A stretch of DNA of 64,000 nt from Alphaproteobacteria bacterium (GTDB lineage Bacteria; Pseudomonadota; Alphaproteobacteria; MPNO01): the NCBI GenBank assembly GCA_965202835.1, contig CBDBCA010000006.1, positions 1,731,828 through 1,795,827 on the forward strand. The letters are read 5' to 3'. A program made the translations under genes and the position numbers. Below are positions 55,783 to 64,000 of the stretch, piece after piece (within the stretch, counting starts at the first letter, position 1; each line of letters starts with the position of its first letter). Under the pieces are notes generated by a model, which was not told the DNA's origin, did no database searches, and saw nothing but the letters and a program-made list of their open reading frames with translations.

Positions 55783-56088
55783 ATGACGGCCGGGATCGAC
55801 GACAAGCGCTATCTCAACCTCACCGGCCCGTTCCGCGCGCTCTACCGCGCCGCGCGCGAGGCGGAAAAGGACGGGGCCGACGACGCAACGGCTCCGGAGG
55901 ACGCGCCGGAACCACCGGACCCGATCCACTCCGCGATCCGCCGCCAGGTCGAAGACCTGCTGGCGGACACGGATATCTCGCCCGAGCGGCGCCGGGAAAT
56001 CTTCGACTCGATATCCTGCCCCTGCTGCGGCGGAACCGGCGCCAGCTTCGCGATTTCCATCAAACCGGCCTCGCAGGCCGGGTTCTAG
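55783..56088 (+). CDS. hypothetical small protein with CPCCGG motif
   Basis: 101-aa ORF with an Asp/Glu-rich centre and a C-terminal SCPCCGGTG. Overlaps the hyuB stop by 4 nt, convergent. Confidence 0.35.
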   Translation: MTAGIDDKRYLNLTGPFRALYRAAREAEKDGADDATAPEDAPEPPDPIHSAIRRQVEDLLADTDISPERRREIFDSISCPCCGGTGASFAISIKPASQAGF

Positions 56089-57848
56089 GGATCGCCGGCC
56101 TGCGCCAGCGTCGCCTTGGCGGCGCGGATGCGTTCGGTAGCCTTGACATCGATTTCGAGAGTCGTCGCATCGCACACCACGCCGTAGTCGCGGAACGCGG
56201 CTTCGGGGGTGACATAGCCCTGGCGCACGTCGTGGGCGACCGCCTCGATCGCCCGTTCCAGAGGCGGACCGAACCCGCCCCCGCCCCCAGAACGAAGCGC
56301 GAAGGCCTCGCCCGGTCCGATTCGGGCGGTCAGAACCTTGGCGTTGGGATAGTCGTCCCTCCAGGCGCCGTCGCGGCGAAGCGACACCGAATTGCCCATC
56401 GCGTCCAGACCGCCGGCGAGCCCCCAGGGCGCGCAATGCATGCGGTCGATCTGCGTATTGACCGTGAGCGGCGCGCGGGCCTGGACGACGTTCTCGATGC
56501 CGAGCCCGCCGCGCTGCCGTCCGGCGCCGCAGGAATCGGGGCGCAGCGCGTGGGCTTCGAACAACAACGGGTACTTGGCCTCAAGCTGCTCGACGGGGCT
56601 GTTATGGGTGTCTCCGTCGTTCATGCAGATCGTCGCGCTGTTCCCGTCCGCCGCCTGTTTCGCGCCCCAGCCGCCGCCTGTCGGGCCGATGAAAACGATG
56701 TAGAACTCCGAGGTCTGGGGATTGACTCCGTTCAGCATGCCGATGATCAGGTCGGCATGGTGTCCGGCGACGATGCGGTCCGGGATCGCGGGCGCAAGCG
56801 CCTTGAACACCGTATCGACGATGGTCATCGGGAAGGTCATCCACCAGCGCATCGGCGCCGGCCTCTCGGCGCTGACGACGCGACCCATCGGCACCACCAC
56901 TTCCAGGTTGCGGAAGCTGCCGTCGTTGATCGGATAGTCGGTCGGCGAGGTAAGGCACTTGAACGCGACCTGCGAGCAGGCGAACCCCGTGGTCACGCCC
57001 GAGTTGTAGAAACCCTTGACCTGCTCCGACACGTCGGAAAGATCGACGGTTACCCGGTCTCCTTCGACGATCACCCTGACCCGGATGGGAACGGGCTGGG
57101 CGATGTCGACCCCGTCGTCGTCCATGAAGGACTCGGCCTGGTAGACTCCGTCCGGTATCGCGAGAGTCCGCGCGCGGGCGGCCGTTTCGGACTGATCCAT
57201 GATCTCCGCGATGCCGTCGAGCACCGCGTCGCGTCCGTAGCGGCGGATAAGTTCGAGAAAGCGCCTCTCTCCGCTGGAAATCGCCGTGAGCTGCGCGCGG
57301 AGGTCGCCCATCGCCCGCTCCGGCAGGCGGACGTTCATCTGCAGAATGTCGAGCAGGTCCTGGTTGACCTTGCCGGCCCTCTGGTACTTCAGGATGGGAA
57401 TCTGCAGACCTTCCGAATAGATGTCGGTGGTCATGCCGTCGAGCGTGCCGCCGATATCCGGCCAGTGCGCCATGCAGACCGCGAACCCGACCAGCGTGCC
57501 GCCGTCGAAGATCGGCATGCTGAAAGTCAGGTGGTTGAGATGGCTGCCGGTGATGTAGGCGTCGTTGGTGAGCAGAATGTCGCCCGGCCCGATATCGTCG
57601 CCGAAATGCCGCAGCTTGGCCTTCACGGTCTCCGCCATGCCGCGGATGAACATGGGCAGGCCGAGCCCGATGGAGACCGTCTCTCCCTTCGCCGTGAACA
57701 GCCCGACGGTGAAGTCGAGCGCCTCGTAGATGATCATGTTGTAGGCGGTGCGGGTGAGGTTGGTCTTCATCTCCTCGGTGATGGCGATCACGCCGTTTCG
57801 CACCAGCTCGGTGACCACCGGGTCGACGCGCGGGCGGTCTCCGTTCAT
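56085..57848 (-). CDS. hyuB: hydantoinase B / 5-oxoprolinase family (HyuB-like)
   Basis: C-terminal 587 aa of ORF 56085..58568 ([27 protein letters not shown]..., ATG at 57848). Confidence 0.85.
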   Translation of the reverse strand: MNGDRPRVDPVVTELVRNGVIAITEEMKTNLTRTAYNMIIYEALDFTVGLFTAKGETVSIGLGLPMFIRGMAETVKAKLRHFGDDIGPGDILLTNDAYITGSHLNHLTFSMPIFDGGTLVGFAVCMAHWPDIGGTLDGMTTDIYSEGLQIPILKYQRAGKVNQDLLDILQMNVRLPERAMGDLRAQLTAISSGERRFLELIRRYGRDAVLDGIAEIMDQSETAARARTLAIPDGVYQAESFMDDDGVDIAQPVPIRVRVIVEGDRVTVDLSDVSEQVKGFYNSGVTTGFACSQVAFKCLTSPTDYPINDGSFRNLEVVVPMGRVVSAERPAPMRWWMTFPMTIVDTVFKALAPAIPDRIVAGHHADLIIGMLNGVNPQTSEFYIVFIGPTGGGWGAKQAADGNSATICMNDGDTHNSPVEQLEAKYPLLFEAHALRPDSCGAGRQRGGLGIENVVQARAPLTVNTQIDRMHCAPWGLAGGLDAMGNSVSLRRDGAWRDDYPNAKVLTARIGPGEAFALRSGGGGGFGPPLERAIEAVAHDVRQGYVTPEAAFRDYGVVCDATTLEIDVKATERIRAAKATLAQAGDP

Positions 57849-59929
57849 CGCGCGGCGGCTCCGACGCGGATGCGGAGATTGCCGAACCCGTCGACTCCGA
57901 GACTGTCGCCCGGCAGCAGCAGCGTCGTCGATGCCTCTTCCTCGATCACCGCGGGCCCTTCGACGGTCGCTCCGGAGCCCAGACCGGCCCGCGCGTAAAC
58001 CGGCGTTTCCACGAAATCGCCCGTCTCGGAGAAATAGATCCGCCGCGTTTCCAGCGGAGCGGGATCGGCCGATCCACCTTCCGCGCCGCGCACCATCGGC
58101 GGCTTCCTGAGCAGACCCGAGACCGTCGTCCTGAGGCTCACCAGCTCGGCCGGCTCGGCCGGCGCCGACGTGCCGTAGCGCACCGCGTGCACCTCGTCGA
58201 AGCGGCGCTTGACGGCCTCCCGGTCGCCCGCCGAGAAGAGATCGGCGGCAAGATCGACCGTCACCGCATGCTCCTGGCCGACATAGCGCATGTCGGCGGC
58301 CCGTCCCACGACGACGGCTTCGACTTCGGCGCCGGTGGCGGCCACCGCCGCGCGGCCCTGCGCTTCCATCTCGTCGTAGAGCCGTTCGACCTCGTCGAGC
58401 GGCGCCTCGGCCAGGCGCGCGAACCACGTCCGGACGTAGTCGTAGCGGAGATCGGCGTGCAGCATCCCGATAGCCGAAAAGTGGCCGGGTGCCGGCGGAA
58501 CAACGATTTGTCCCATGCCGATCTCGCGCGCCACCGCGCTGGCGTGCAGCGGCCCGGCGCCGCCGCACGCGACCAGCGTGAACGCGCCGGCATCGAGACC
58601 GCGCTCGGTGGAGACTCCCTTGACCGCGAACGACATGGCAGTGGCGGCGATCTGCAGCACACCGGCCGCCGCTTCCACGACATCCATGCCGAGCGGGTCC
58701 GCGACATCAGTCCTCATCGCGTCGTGCGCGGCATCGGGATCGAGCGTCATCTCACCGCCGAGAAACCTGTCCGGGGCGATCCGACCCAGGATCAGGTTGG
58801 CGTCGGTGACCGTCGGCGCCGTGCCGCCGGTCCCATAACATGCGGGCCCCGGGGTCGCGCCGGCGCTTTCCGGTCCCACACGGAGCGCGCCGCGCGCATC
58901 GGCACGCGCGATCGACCCGCCGCCGGTGCCGACCTCGAAAATGTCCATCATGGCGATCTGGACCGGCAGCCCCTGCTCGTACCCGCCGATCTTCGCGCTT
59001 CCCGTGGTCAGCGCCTCGCCGCCATAGATGACCCCCGACTTGGCGGTGGTGCCGCCCATGTCGAAGGTGATCGCGTTTTCGATCCCCACGGCACGGGCCA
59101 GTGCGCGGCCGGCGATGACGCCCGCGGCGGGACCCGATTCGAGCATGTGGACGCAGTCGTGCCGAGCCTGTGCGGCGTCGTAGAGCCCGCCGGTCGATTG
59201 CACGACGAGGAAGGCGCCGGGGAAAGACCGGGCGTCGAGATGCTCGCCGATCCCGTCGAGATAGCTGCGAACGCCCGGACCGATATAGGCGTTCGCCGCG
59301 ACGGTCGAGCAGCGTTCGAACTCGCGGTATTCCTGCGAGAGCTCGTAGGAAGCGGTGACGAACGCGCCCGGCAGACATTCCTCCAGGATTTCTTTCGTCC
59401 GCTTTTCGTGGTCCGGATTGCGATAGCTGTGCAGAAGCAGGATCGCGACGGCCTCGACATCGAGCCCGGCGAGCTTTTCCCCGAGCGCGCGAACCTCGTC
59501 CTCGTCGAGCGGGGTCAGCGGCTCGCCCTCGGCAAGCATCCGTTCGTCGAGCTCGAAGCACATCGCGCGCTCGATCAGCGGGCGGTGCTTCTTGAAGAAC
59601 AGGTTGTACGAATCGGGCCGGTTGATCCGGCCGATCTCGTAGATGTCGCGAAATCCCTTTGTGATGACCAGCGCGGCCCGCGCGCCGGTCCTCTCCAGCA
59701 TCGTGTTGATGGCGATCGTCGAGCCATGCAGGAAAAGCGCCGCGTCGGCGAACGCGACTCCCGCCCTGTCTACCCCGGCGGCGATCCCGTCCACCAGATG
59801 CGAAGGCGTAGACAGCGCCTTGCCGAGCCTGAGCGCGCCCGTCGCCGGGTCGAAGGCTGCGATATCGGTGAACGTGCCGCCGATATCGGCGGCGAGCCTC
59901 AGCCCGCCGGGAATTTCCGGATCCGCCAT
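57845..59929 (-). CDS. hyuA: hydantoinase A / 5-oxoprolinase family (HyuA-like)
   Basis: 694 aa. N-terminal [16 protein letters not shown]-fold motif. ATGA overlap with hyuB. Confidence 0.85.
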   Translation of the reverse strand: MADPEIPGGLRLAADIGGTFTDIAAFDPATGALRLGKALSTPSHLVDGIAAGVDRAGVAFADAALFLHGSTIAINTMLERTGARAALVITKGFRDIYEIGRINRPDSYNLFFKKHRPLIERAMCFELDERMLAEGEPLTPLDEDEVRALGEKLAGLDVEAVAILLLHSYRNPDHEKRTKEILEECLPGAFVTASYELSQEYREFERCSTVAANAYIGPGVRSYLDGIGEHLDARSFPGAFLVVQSTGGLYDAAQARHDCVHMLESGPAAGVIAGRALARAVGIENAITFDMGGTTAKSGVIYGGEALTTGSAKIGGYEQGLPVQIAMMDIFEVGTGGGSIARADARGALRVGPESAGATPGPACYGTGGTAPTVTDANLILGRIAPDRFLGGEMTLDPDAAHDAMRTDVADPLGMDVVEAAAGVLQIAATAMSFAVKGVSTERGLDAGAFTLVACGGAGPLHASAVAREIGMGQIVVPPAPGHFSAIGMLHADLRYDYVRTWFARLAEAPLDEVERLYDEMEAQGRAAVAATGAEVEAVVVGRAADMRYVGQEHAVTVDLAADLFSAGDREAVKRRFDEVHAVRYGTSAPAEPAELVSLRTTVSGLLRKPPMVRGAEGGSADPAPLETRRIYFSETGDFVETPVYARAGLGSGATVEGPAVIEEEASTTLLLPGDSLGVDGFGNLRIRVGAAAR

Positions 59930-60012
59930 GCCTGGTCCGAAGGTGAGAAATCCGTGCGCGCGCGACTATCGAAACGGGCACGGGCGGAGTCAACTGGACG
60001 GAAGGAAACGTC

Positions 60013-60903
60013 CTAACCGGCGGCCCGCAGCATCCGGATGATGCCGGAGAAATCCGAGCCTTCTTCACCGTCGGCGCAGTACTGTTCATAGAGCGCGGCG
60101 GCGTGGCTGCCGAGAGGTGTGTTGGCGCCGTTCGCCTGGGCGGCGCCGCGCGCGAGCCTCAGGTCCTTGAGCATCATCGCGGCGGTGAAGCCTGCCTGGT
60201 AATCGCGGTTGGCGGGCGATGACGGTACCGGCCCCGGCACCGGGCAATAGCTGGTGAGCGACCAGCACTGGCCCGACGCGGTTGACACAATGTCGAACAG
60301 CGTCTGGGCATCGAGACCGACCCGTTCCGCGAGCGCGAAGGCCTCCGACACCGCGATCATCGAGACACCGAGGACCATGTTGTTGCACATCTTGGCCGCC
60401 TGGCCGTTTCCCGCTCCGCCGGCGTGAACGATGTTGCGGCCCATCGCGGCCATCATGGACTCTCCCCGCGCGACGGCATCCGCTTCGCCGCCGACCATGA
60501 AGGTGAGCGTGCCCGCTTCGGCCCCGCCGACCCCGCCGGAGACCGGCGCGTCCAGCATGGCGAAACCTTTGGCGGATGCCTCTGCATGGACGGCGCGAGC
60601 GGTTTCGAGATCGATGGTGGAGCAGTCGACGAGCAGGGTGCCCGGGTCCGCCGCTTCCAGCAGGCCGCCGGCATCGCAATAGACCGAACCCACGTCCGCG
60701 CCTGCCGGCAGCATGGTGAACACCGCCTCCACGCCGTCCGTCGCCGCCGCCAGCTCGTCGACCGGCGGGATTTCCGCCACCTTTGCCGCCTCGCGCGCGG
60801 ACTCGGCAACATCGAAACCACGCACGGCGTGCCCGGCCGCGATCAGCCGGCATGCCATCGGCCGCCCCATATTGCCCAACCCGACGAAACCGATCTCCGC
60901 CAT
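60013..60903 (-). CDS. mmsB: 3-hydroxyisobutyrate dehydrogenase
   Basis: Start MAEIGFVGLGNMGRPMA (NAD-binding GxGxxG). GAGNGQAAKMCNN motif. Confidence 0.85.
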   Translation of the reverse strand: MAEIGFVGLGNMGRPMACRLIAAGHAVRGFDVAESAREAAKVAEIPPVDELAAATDGVEAVFTMLPAGADVGSVYCDAGGLLEAADPGTLLVDCSTIDLETARAVHAEASAKGFAMLDAPVSGGVGGAEAGTLTFMVGGEADAVARGESMMAAMGRNIVHAGGAGNGQAAKMCNNMVLGVSMIAVSEAFALAERVGLDAQTLFDIVSTASGQCWSLTSYCPVPGPVPSSPANRDYQAGFTAAMMLKDLRLARGAAQANGANTPLGSHAAALYEQYCADGEEGSDFSGIIRMLRAAG

Positions 60904-60916
60904 GGTTCCTCTCCCG

Positions 60917-61966
60917 TCAGTCGAAGGCGAGCTCGCGCTCCAGCGGCGCGAAATAGCGCCCGACATCCGCTTCGCCGACATCTTCGAGCCGCGCCGGCTC
61001 CCAGCGCGGCTTCCGGTCCTTGTCGATCACCGCCGCCCGGATCCCCTCGAAGAAGTCGTGACCGGCGAGGAAAGCACAAGCCATGCGGTACTCCCGACGC
61101 ATGACCTCTTCGAAGGCGAGCCCAGCGCCACCGCGAAGCTGGCGATGGGTCACCAGCATGCTGGTGGGTGACTTGGTGCGCAGCGTGTCCGCCGTCTCGA
61201 TCGCGAAATAGCCGTCCTCGGCTTCCAGGGCGTCGATGATTTCGGGAACCGTGGGCGTCGAAAAGCACCGGTCGATCACCCGCGCATGTTCGCGAATCTG
61301 GACGGGACCCGCGTCCTCGGCAAATGCCTCGACCACGGCATCGACCGATTCGACTCCCCCGGTCAGGTCGGCATTCGATAGACATTCCAGCAAGGCGTCC
61401 AGCTTTGCGCTCGGCATATAGTGCGTGCCAATCCCCGCGTGGATCGCGTCCGCAGCCTTCATGCGTGCGCCGGTAAGCGCGAGATACATGCCGAGTTCGC
61501 CGGGCGCGCGCGGCAGGAAATCCGTCCCGCCGACATCCGGGAACAACCCGATTCCGCATTCGGGCATGGCGAACGTCGTACGCTCCGTCATCACCCGGTG
61601 GGAGCCGTGGACCGATATGCCGACCCCTCCGCCCATGACGATCCCGTCGACCAGCGCGACATAGGGTTTCGGGAACCGATGGACCGCGTAATCGAGCCGG
61701 TACTCGTCCCAGAAGAACATGTGGGTCGTTTCGTTACCGGCCCGATGGGAGTCGTAGAGCGCGCGGATATCGCCGCCGGCGCAGAACGCCCGGTCGCCCT
61801 CGCCGGAAACCAGGACCGCACCGATCGCGGGATCGTCCGCCCACTCGAGCAGCTTCGCGCGAAAGGCGATACACATCTCGCGAGTCAGCGCGTTGAAAGT
61901 GGACGGAGAGTTGAGGTGCACGCGGCCCAGGGCACCCGTGACGCTGAATTCGATGAGATTCGACAT
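60917..61966 (-). CDS. 3-hydroxyisobutyryl-CoA hydrolase (enoyl-CoA hydratase/isomerase family)
   Basis: C-terminal 349 aa of ORF 60917..62347 (MSNLIEF...GDRAFCAGGDIRAL...MPECGIGLFPDVGG). Confidence 0.8.
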   Translation of the reverse strand: MSNLIEFSVTGALGRVHLNSPSTFNALTREMCIAFRAKLLEWADDPAIGAVLVSGEGDRAFCAGGDIRALYDSHRAGNETTHMFFWDEYRLDYAVHRFPKPYVALVDGIVMGGGVGISVHGSHRVMTERTTFAMPECGIGLFPDVGGTDFLPRAPGELGMYLALTGARMKAADAIHAGIGTHYMPSAKLDALLECLSNADLTGGVESVDAVVEAFAEDAGPVQIREHARVIDRCFSTPTVPEIIDALEAEDGYFAIETADTLRTKSPTSMLVTHRQLRGGAGLAFEEVMRREYRMACAFLAGHDFFEGIRAAVIDKDRKPRWEPARLEDVGEADVGRYFAPLERELAFD

Positions 61967-63108
61967 CAGGTCCGAGCCAGAAGGCGCCGGGCGATGATGA
62001 CCCGCATGATTTCGTTGGTCCCTTCGAGGATCTGGTGGACGCGGAGATCGCGCAGATAGCGCTCGATCGCGTGGTCGCGAAGATACCCGTAACCCCCGTG
62101 CAATTGGAGAGCCTCGTTGCACACCTCGAACCCCATGTCGGTCGCGACCCGCTTGGCCATCGCGCAGCGCAGCGTCGCCTCCGCCTCCCCGGCATCGACC
62201 GCCGCCGCCGCACGCCAGACCATGAGCCGCGCCGATTCGAGCGCGGTCGCCATGTCTGCAAGCTTGAACTGGGTTACCTGAAAGTCCGCGATGGCGCGGC
62301 CGAACTGGCGCCGCTCCCCGACATAGGTCCGCGCCGCCTCGTAGCACGCTCGCGCGCCGCCGATCGAACAGGCGCCGATATTGATCCGCCCGCCGTCCAG
62401 GCCCTGCATGGCGATTTTGAACCCCTCACCCTCGTCGCCGATGCGGTTGGTCACGGGTACACGGCAATCGTCGAAATAGACCATCGCCGTCGGTTGGGAG
62501 TGCCAGCCGAGCTTCTTCTCCTGCTCTCCGAATGAGAGACCGGTCGTACCCGCCTCGATTCCGATGCAGGAAATGCCCTCCGGCCCCTCGCCGCCCGTGC
62601 GTACCATCGTGACGTAAAGATCGGAGCTGCCGGCACCCGAGATGAACGCCTTGGCGCCGTTGAGCACGTAGTGTTCGCCGTCGCGGACCGCCCGGGTGGA
62701 GAGCGCGGCCGCGTCCGAGCCGCTGCCGGGCTCGGTCAGGCAGTAGCTCGCGAACCACTCCATCGTGTTGAGCTTCGGCAGCCACGCCTGGCGAAGATTG
62801 TCGCCGCCGAAGGCGTCGATCATCCAGGCGGCCATGTTGTGGATCGAAATATAGGCGGCCGTCGAGGTGCAGCCGGCTGCGAGCTCTTCCAGCACGATTG
62901 CCGCGTCGAGCCGCGGGCACGCCGTTCCGCCCACATCCTCGCGCACGTAGAGCCCGGCAAATCCCAGCGCGGCGGCGGAGCGCAGCGTCTCCGCCGGGAA
63001 CACGGAATCCTCGTCCCACGTCGCCGCGTGCGGCGCAAGCTCCCCTTCGGCGAACGCCCGGGCGGCCTCGCGGAACCGCGCCTGCTCCTCGGAAAGTTCG
63101 AAGTCCAT
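61966..63108 (-). CDS. acyl-CoA dehydrogenase (isobutyryl-CoA dehydrogenase-like)
   Basis: 380 aa. ACAD motifs (CLTEPGSGSDAA, YGGYGY). TGATG overlap with the hydrolase gene. Confidence 0.9.
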   Translation of the reverse strand: MDFELSEEQARFREAARAFAEGELAPHAATWDEDSVFPAETLRSAAALGFAGLYVREDVGGTACPRLDAAIVLEELAAGCTSTAAYISIHNMAAWMIDAFGGDNLRQAWLPKLNTMEWFASYCLTEPGSGSDAAALSTRAVRDGEHYVLNGAKAFISGAGSSDLYVTMVRTGGEGPEGISCIGIEAGTTGLSFGEQEKKLGWHSQPTAMVYFDDCRVPVTNRIGDEGEGFKIAMQGLDGGRINIGACSIGGARACYEAARTYVGERRQFGRAIADFQVTQFKLADMATALESARLMVWRAAAAVDAGEAEATLRCAMAKRVATDMGFEVCNEALQLHGGYGYLRDHAIERYLRDLRVHQILEGTNEIMRVIIARRLLART

Positions 63109-63203
63109 CGCCCCTCCGGCGCCGGACCCTAGCCGCCGCCGGGCGGGCGCTCAACCCGCCGGCGGGGGTTGTCCGGGCTCCGGCGAGGGCCTACATTCGG
63201 TTC

Positions 63204-63446
63204 ATGGTGGAGTATGCGGACGATCCGCATCGAACGGTCGCGGTGCTGGAAGAACGCATGAAGACGATGCAAGCCGAATACAAGACGGACATCGCCCGCC
63301 TCGCCGAGGACATGGCGAAACGGGACGCCGAGGCGGCGAAACGGGACGCCGAGGCGGCCCGCCGGGAAACCCGGCTCCTGCTCTCCATGGCCGGGCTTCT
63401 GGCGGTGGCGGTCGCGATCCTCGGGCTCCTGATCGGCCTCGACTGA
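63204..63446 (+). CDS. hypothetical small protein, coiled-coil region plus C-terminal TM helix
   Basis: 80 aa, with AKRDAEAAKRDAEAARRE repeats and an LLLSMAGLLAVAVAILGLLIGL anchor. Confidence 0.35.
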   Translation: MVEYADDPHRTVAVLEERMKTMQAEYKTDIARLAEDMAKRDAEAAKRDAEAARRETRLLLSMAGLLAVAVAILGLLIGLD

Positions 63447-63576
63447 GCCGCACGGCCCGGCATGGGAGGATTCGGGGCGCTTTTCGTCGGATTTTCCGTC
63501 CGATCGGAAGGGGCAGGAAAAGTCCGCGGTTCCAAGAGCTTGGCGATCAAAAATTTCTCTTTAGAGCATTTTGTGC

Positions 63577-63605
63577 TTGAATCTGGACGCGTTTCTGGAT
63601 AGATT
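63577..63605 (+). promoter_or_regulatory. sigma70-like promoter (TTGAAT-17-TAGATT) in an AT-rich island
   Basis: -35 element at 63577..63582, a 17-nt spacer, and -10 element at 63600..63605. This is the only strongly AT-rich stretch in the region. Confidence 0.4.
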
Positions 63606-63626
63606 TTCTATATTACGCGAAATGGG

Positions 63627-63653
63627 GGCGCCGGAGAGGTCGGCGCCCTTTTT
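63627..63653 (+). terminator. intrinsic terminator hairpin (ggcgccg-gagaggt-cggcgcc, then CTTTTTC)
   Basis: A 7-bp GC stem with a 7-nt loop followed by a T-run, on the plus strand. About 20 nt downstream of the putative promoter. Confidence 0.5.
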
Positions 63654-63765
63654 CGTGGCCGCAGGGCAGGGTTTTCCGCCGGGCTCTTTCCCTGTCCCGG
63701 CCGGCCCGGTATACGATTGCGCGGAAACGGCGACCCGGACGGCGGTCACAGAGGAGACGAAACGG

Positions 63766-64000
63766 ATGCGTTACGAAGCGCCGGCGTCGCTGGACGCGGC
63801 GACGAGATTGCTGGCCGACGCCGGCGGCGCGGCGAGGGTGCTGGCCGGCGGGACCGACCTGCTGATCCAGATGCGCGGCGATCTGGTCGAACCCGAGATT
63901 CTGGTAGACATCAAGAACATCGCCGAAATGCGCGAAATTTCCGAGGAGGACGGGCGTTTCCGGCTCGGCGCCGCGGTGACGGGCATGGAGATCATGGAGC
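63766..64000 (+). CDS. molybdopterin dehydrogenase FAD-binding subunit (CoxM/XdhB-like), 5' partial at window edge
   Basis: GAGGAG ribosome-binding site, then MRYEAPASLDAATRLLADAGGAARVLAGGTDLLIQM (FAD_binding_5 N-terminus). Confidence 0.7.
   Translation, partial: MRYEAPASLDAATRLLADAGGAARVLAGGTDLLIQMRGDLVEPEILVDIKNIAEMREISEEDGRFRLGAAVTGMEIME

Noticed and set aside
55260-57998. 912-aa plus-strand ORF
   Set aside because: Antisense to hyuB over most of its length; RG/RD-rich junk.
60013-63108. Valine-catabolic trio (acyl-CoA dehydrogenase, 3-hydroxyisobutyryl-CoA hydrolase, mmsB) as a novelty
   Set aside because: Canonical, tightly overlapping housekeeping catabolic operon; nothing unusual beyond the missing mmsA.

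Overview
The window is high-GC (about 68%) and looks alphaproteobacterial. It is almost entirely coding and is dominated by catabolic and uptake genes.

Reading left to right:
- A SnoaL-like protein, an acyl-CoA synthetase, pseudouridine-5'-phosphate glycosidase (psuG), a family-5 ABC substrate-binding protein (SBP), an NMT1-like protein, and an alpha-only Rieske oxygenase next to a TRAP transporter (DctPQM).
- One long minus-strand operon, 18668 down to 10225: amidohydrolase_2 (LigJ/LigI-like), dppB, a REP element, dppC, dppD, dppF, an RraA-like aldolase, a LigB-type extradiol dioxygenase and an FAD monooxygenase. This is a protocatechuate/gallate-type meta-cleavage module fused to a Dpp-like importer that has no SBP gene of its own.
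- Three tandem paralogous Liv-like (HAAT-family) ABC transporter operons, 18856 to 35375. The SBP gene of the middle one is split by an IS1380-family insertion sequence, and a 5' fragment of a NUDIX gene lies beside it as a duplication scar.
- A housekeeping-like block: lipocalin-like, AhpD-like, NUDIX, sppA, an N6-methyltransferase, a polyprenyl synthetase and tRNA-Pro(CGG).
- A hydroxyproline/D-amino-acid-like island: a Cys/Cys proline-racemase-family enzyme, two short-chain dehydrogenases (SDRs), TauD, a PQQ sugar dehydrogenase, a cupin and a class IV aminotransferase.
- A small defense/toxin-antitoxin islet: a HicB-like orphan and an MNT/HepT pair, bracketed by two 5' gene fragments that resemble the N-termini of a Mod-like methyltransferase and a Res/helicase-like partner (that match is from memory).
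- Cytochrome b561 and cytochrome c', pyrF, a split TPP decarboxylase (ComDE-like) with CoxG and a Cys-rich small ORF, convergent with hydantoinase A/B, and a valine-catabolic trio (acyl-CoA dehydrogenase, 3-hydroxyisobutyryl-CoA hydrolase, mmsB).

Other structure: a REP-like double-palindrome element present twice; a 31-bp perfect inverted repeat in a divergent promoter; and an AT-rich promoter plus intrinsic-terminator pair suggesting a tiny RNA or attenuator upstream of a partial coxM-like gene at the window end. No transcriptional regulator gene was recognised anywhere in the 64 kb.

Most long ORFs in the six-frame track are GC-driven antisense or out-of-frame artefacts and were rejected.
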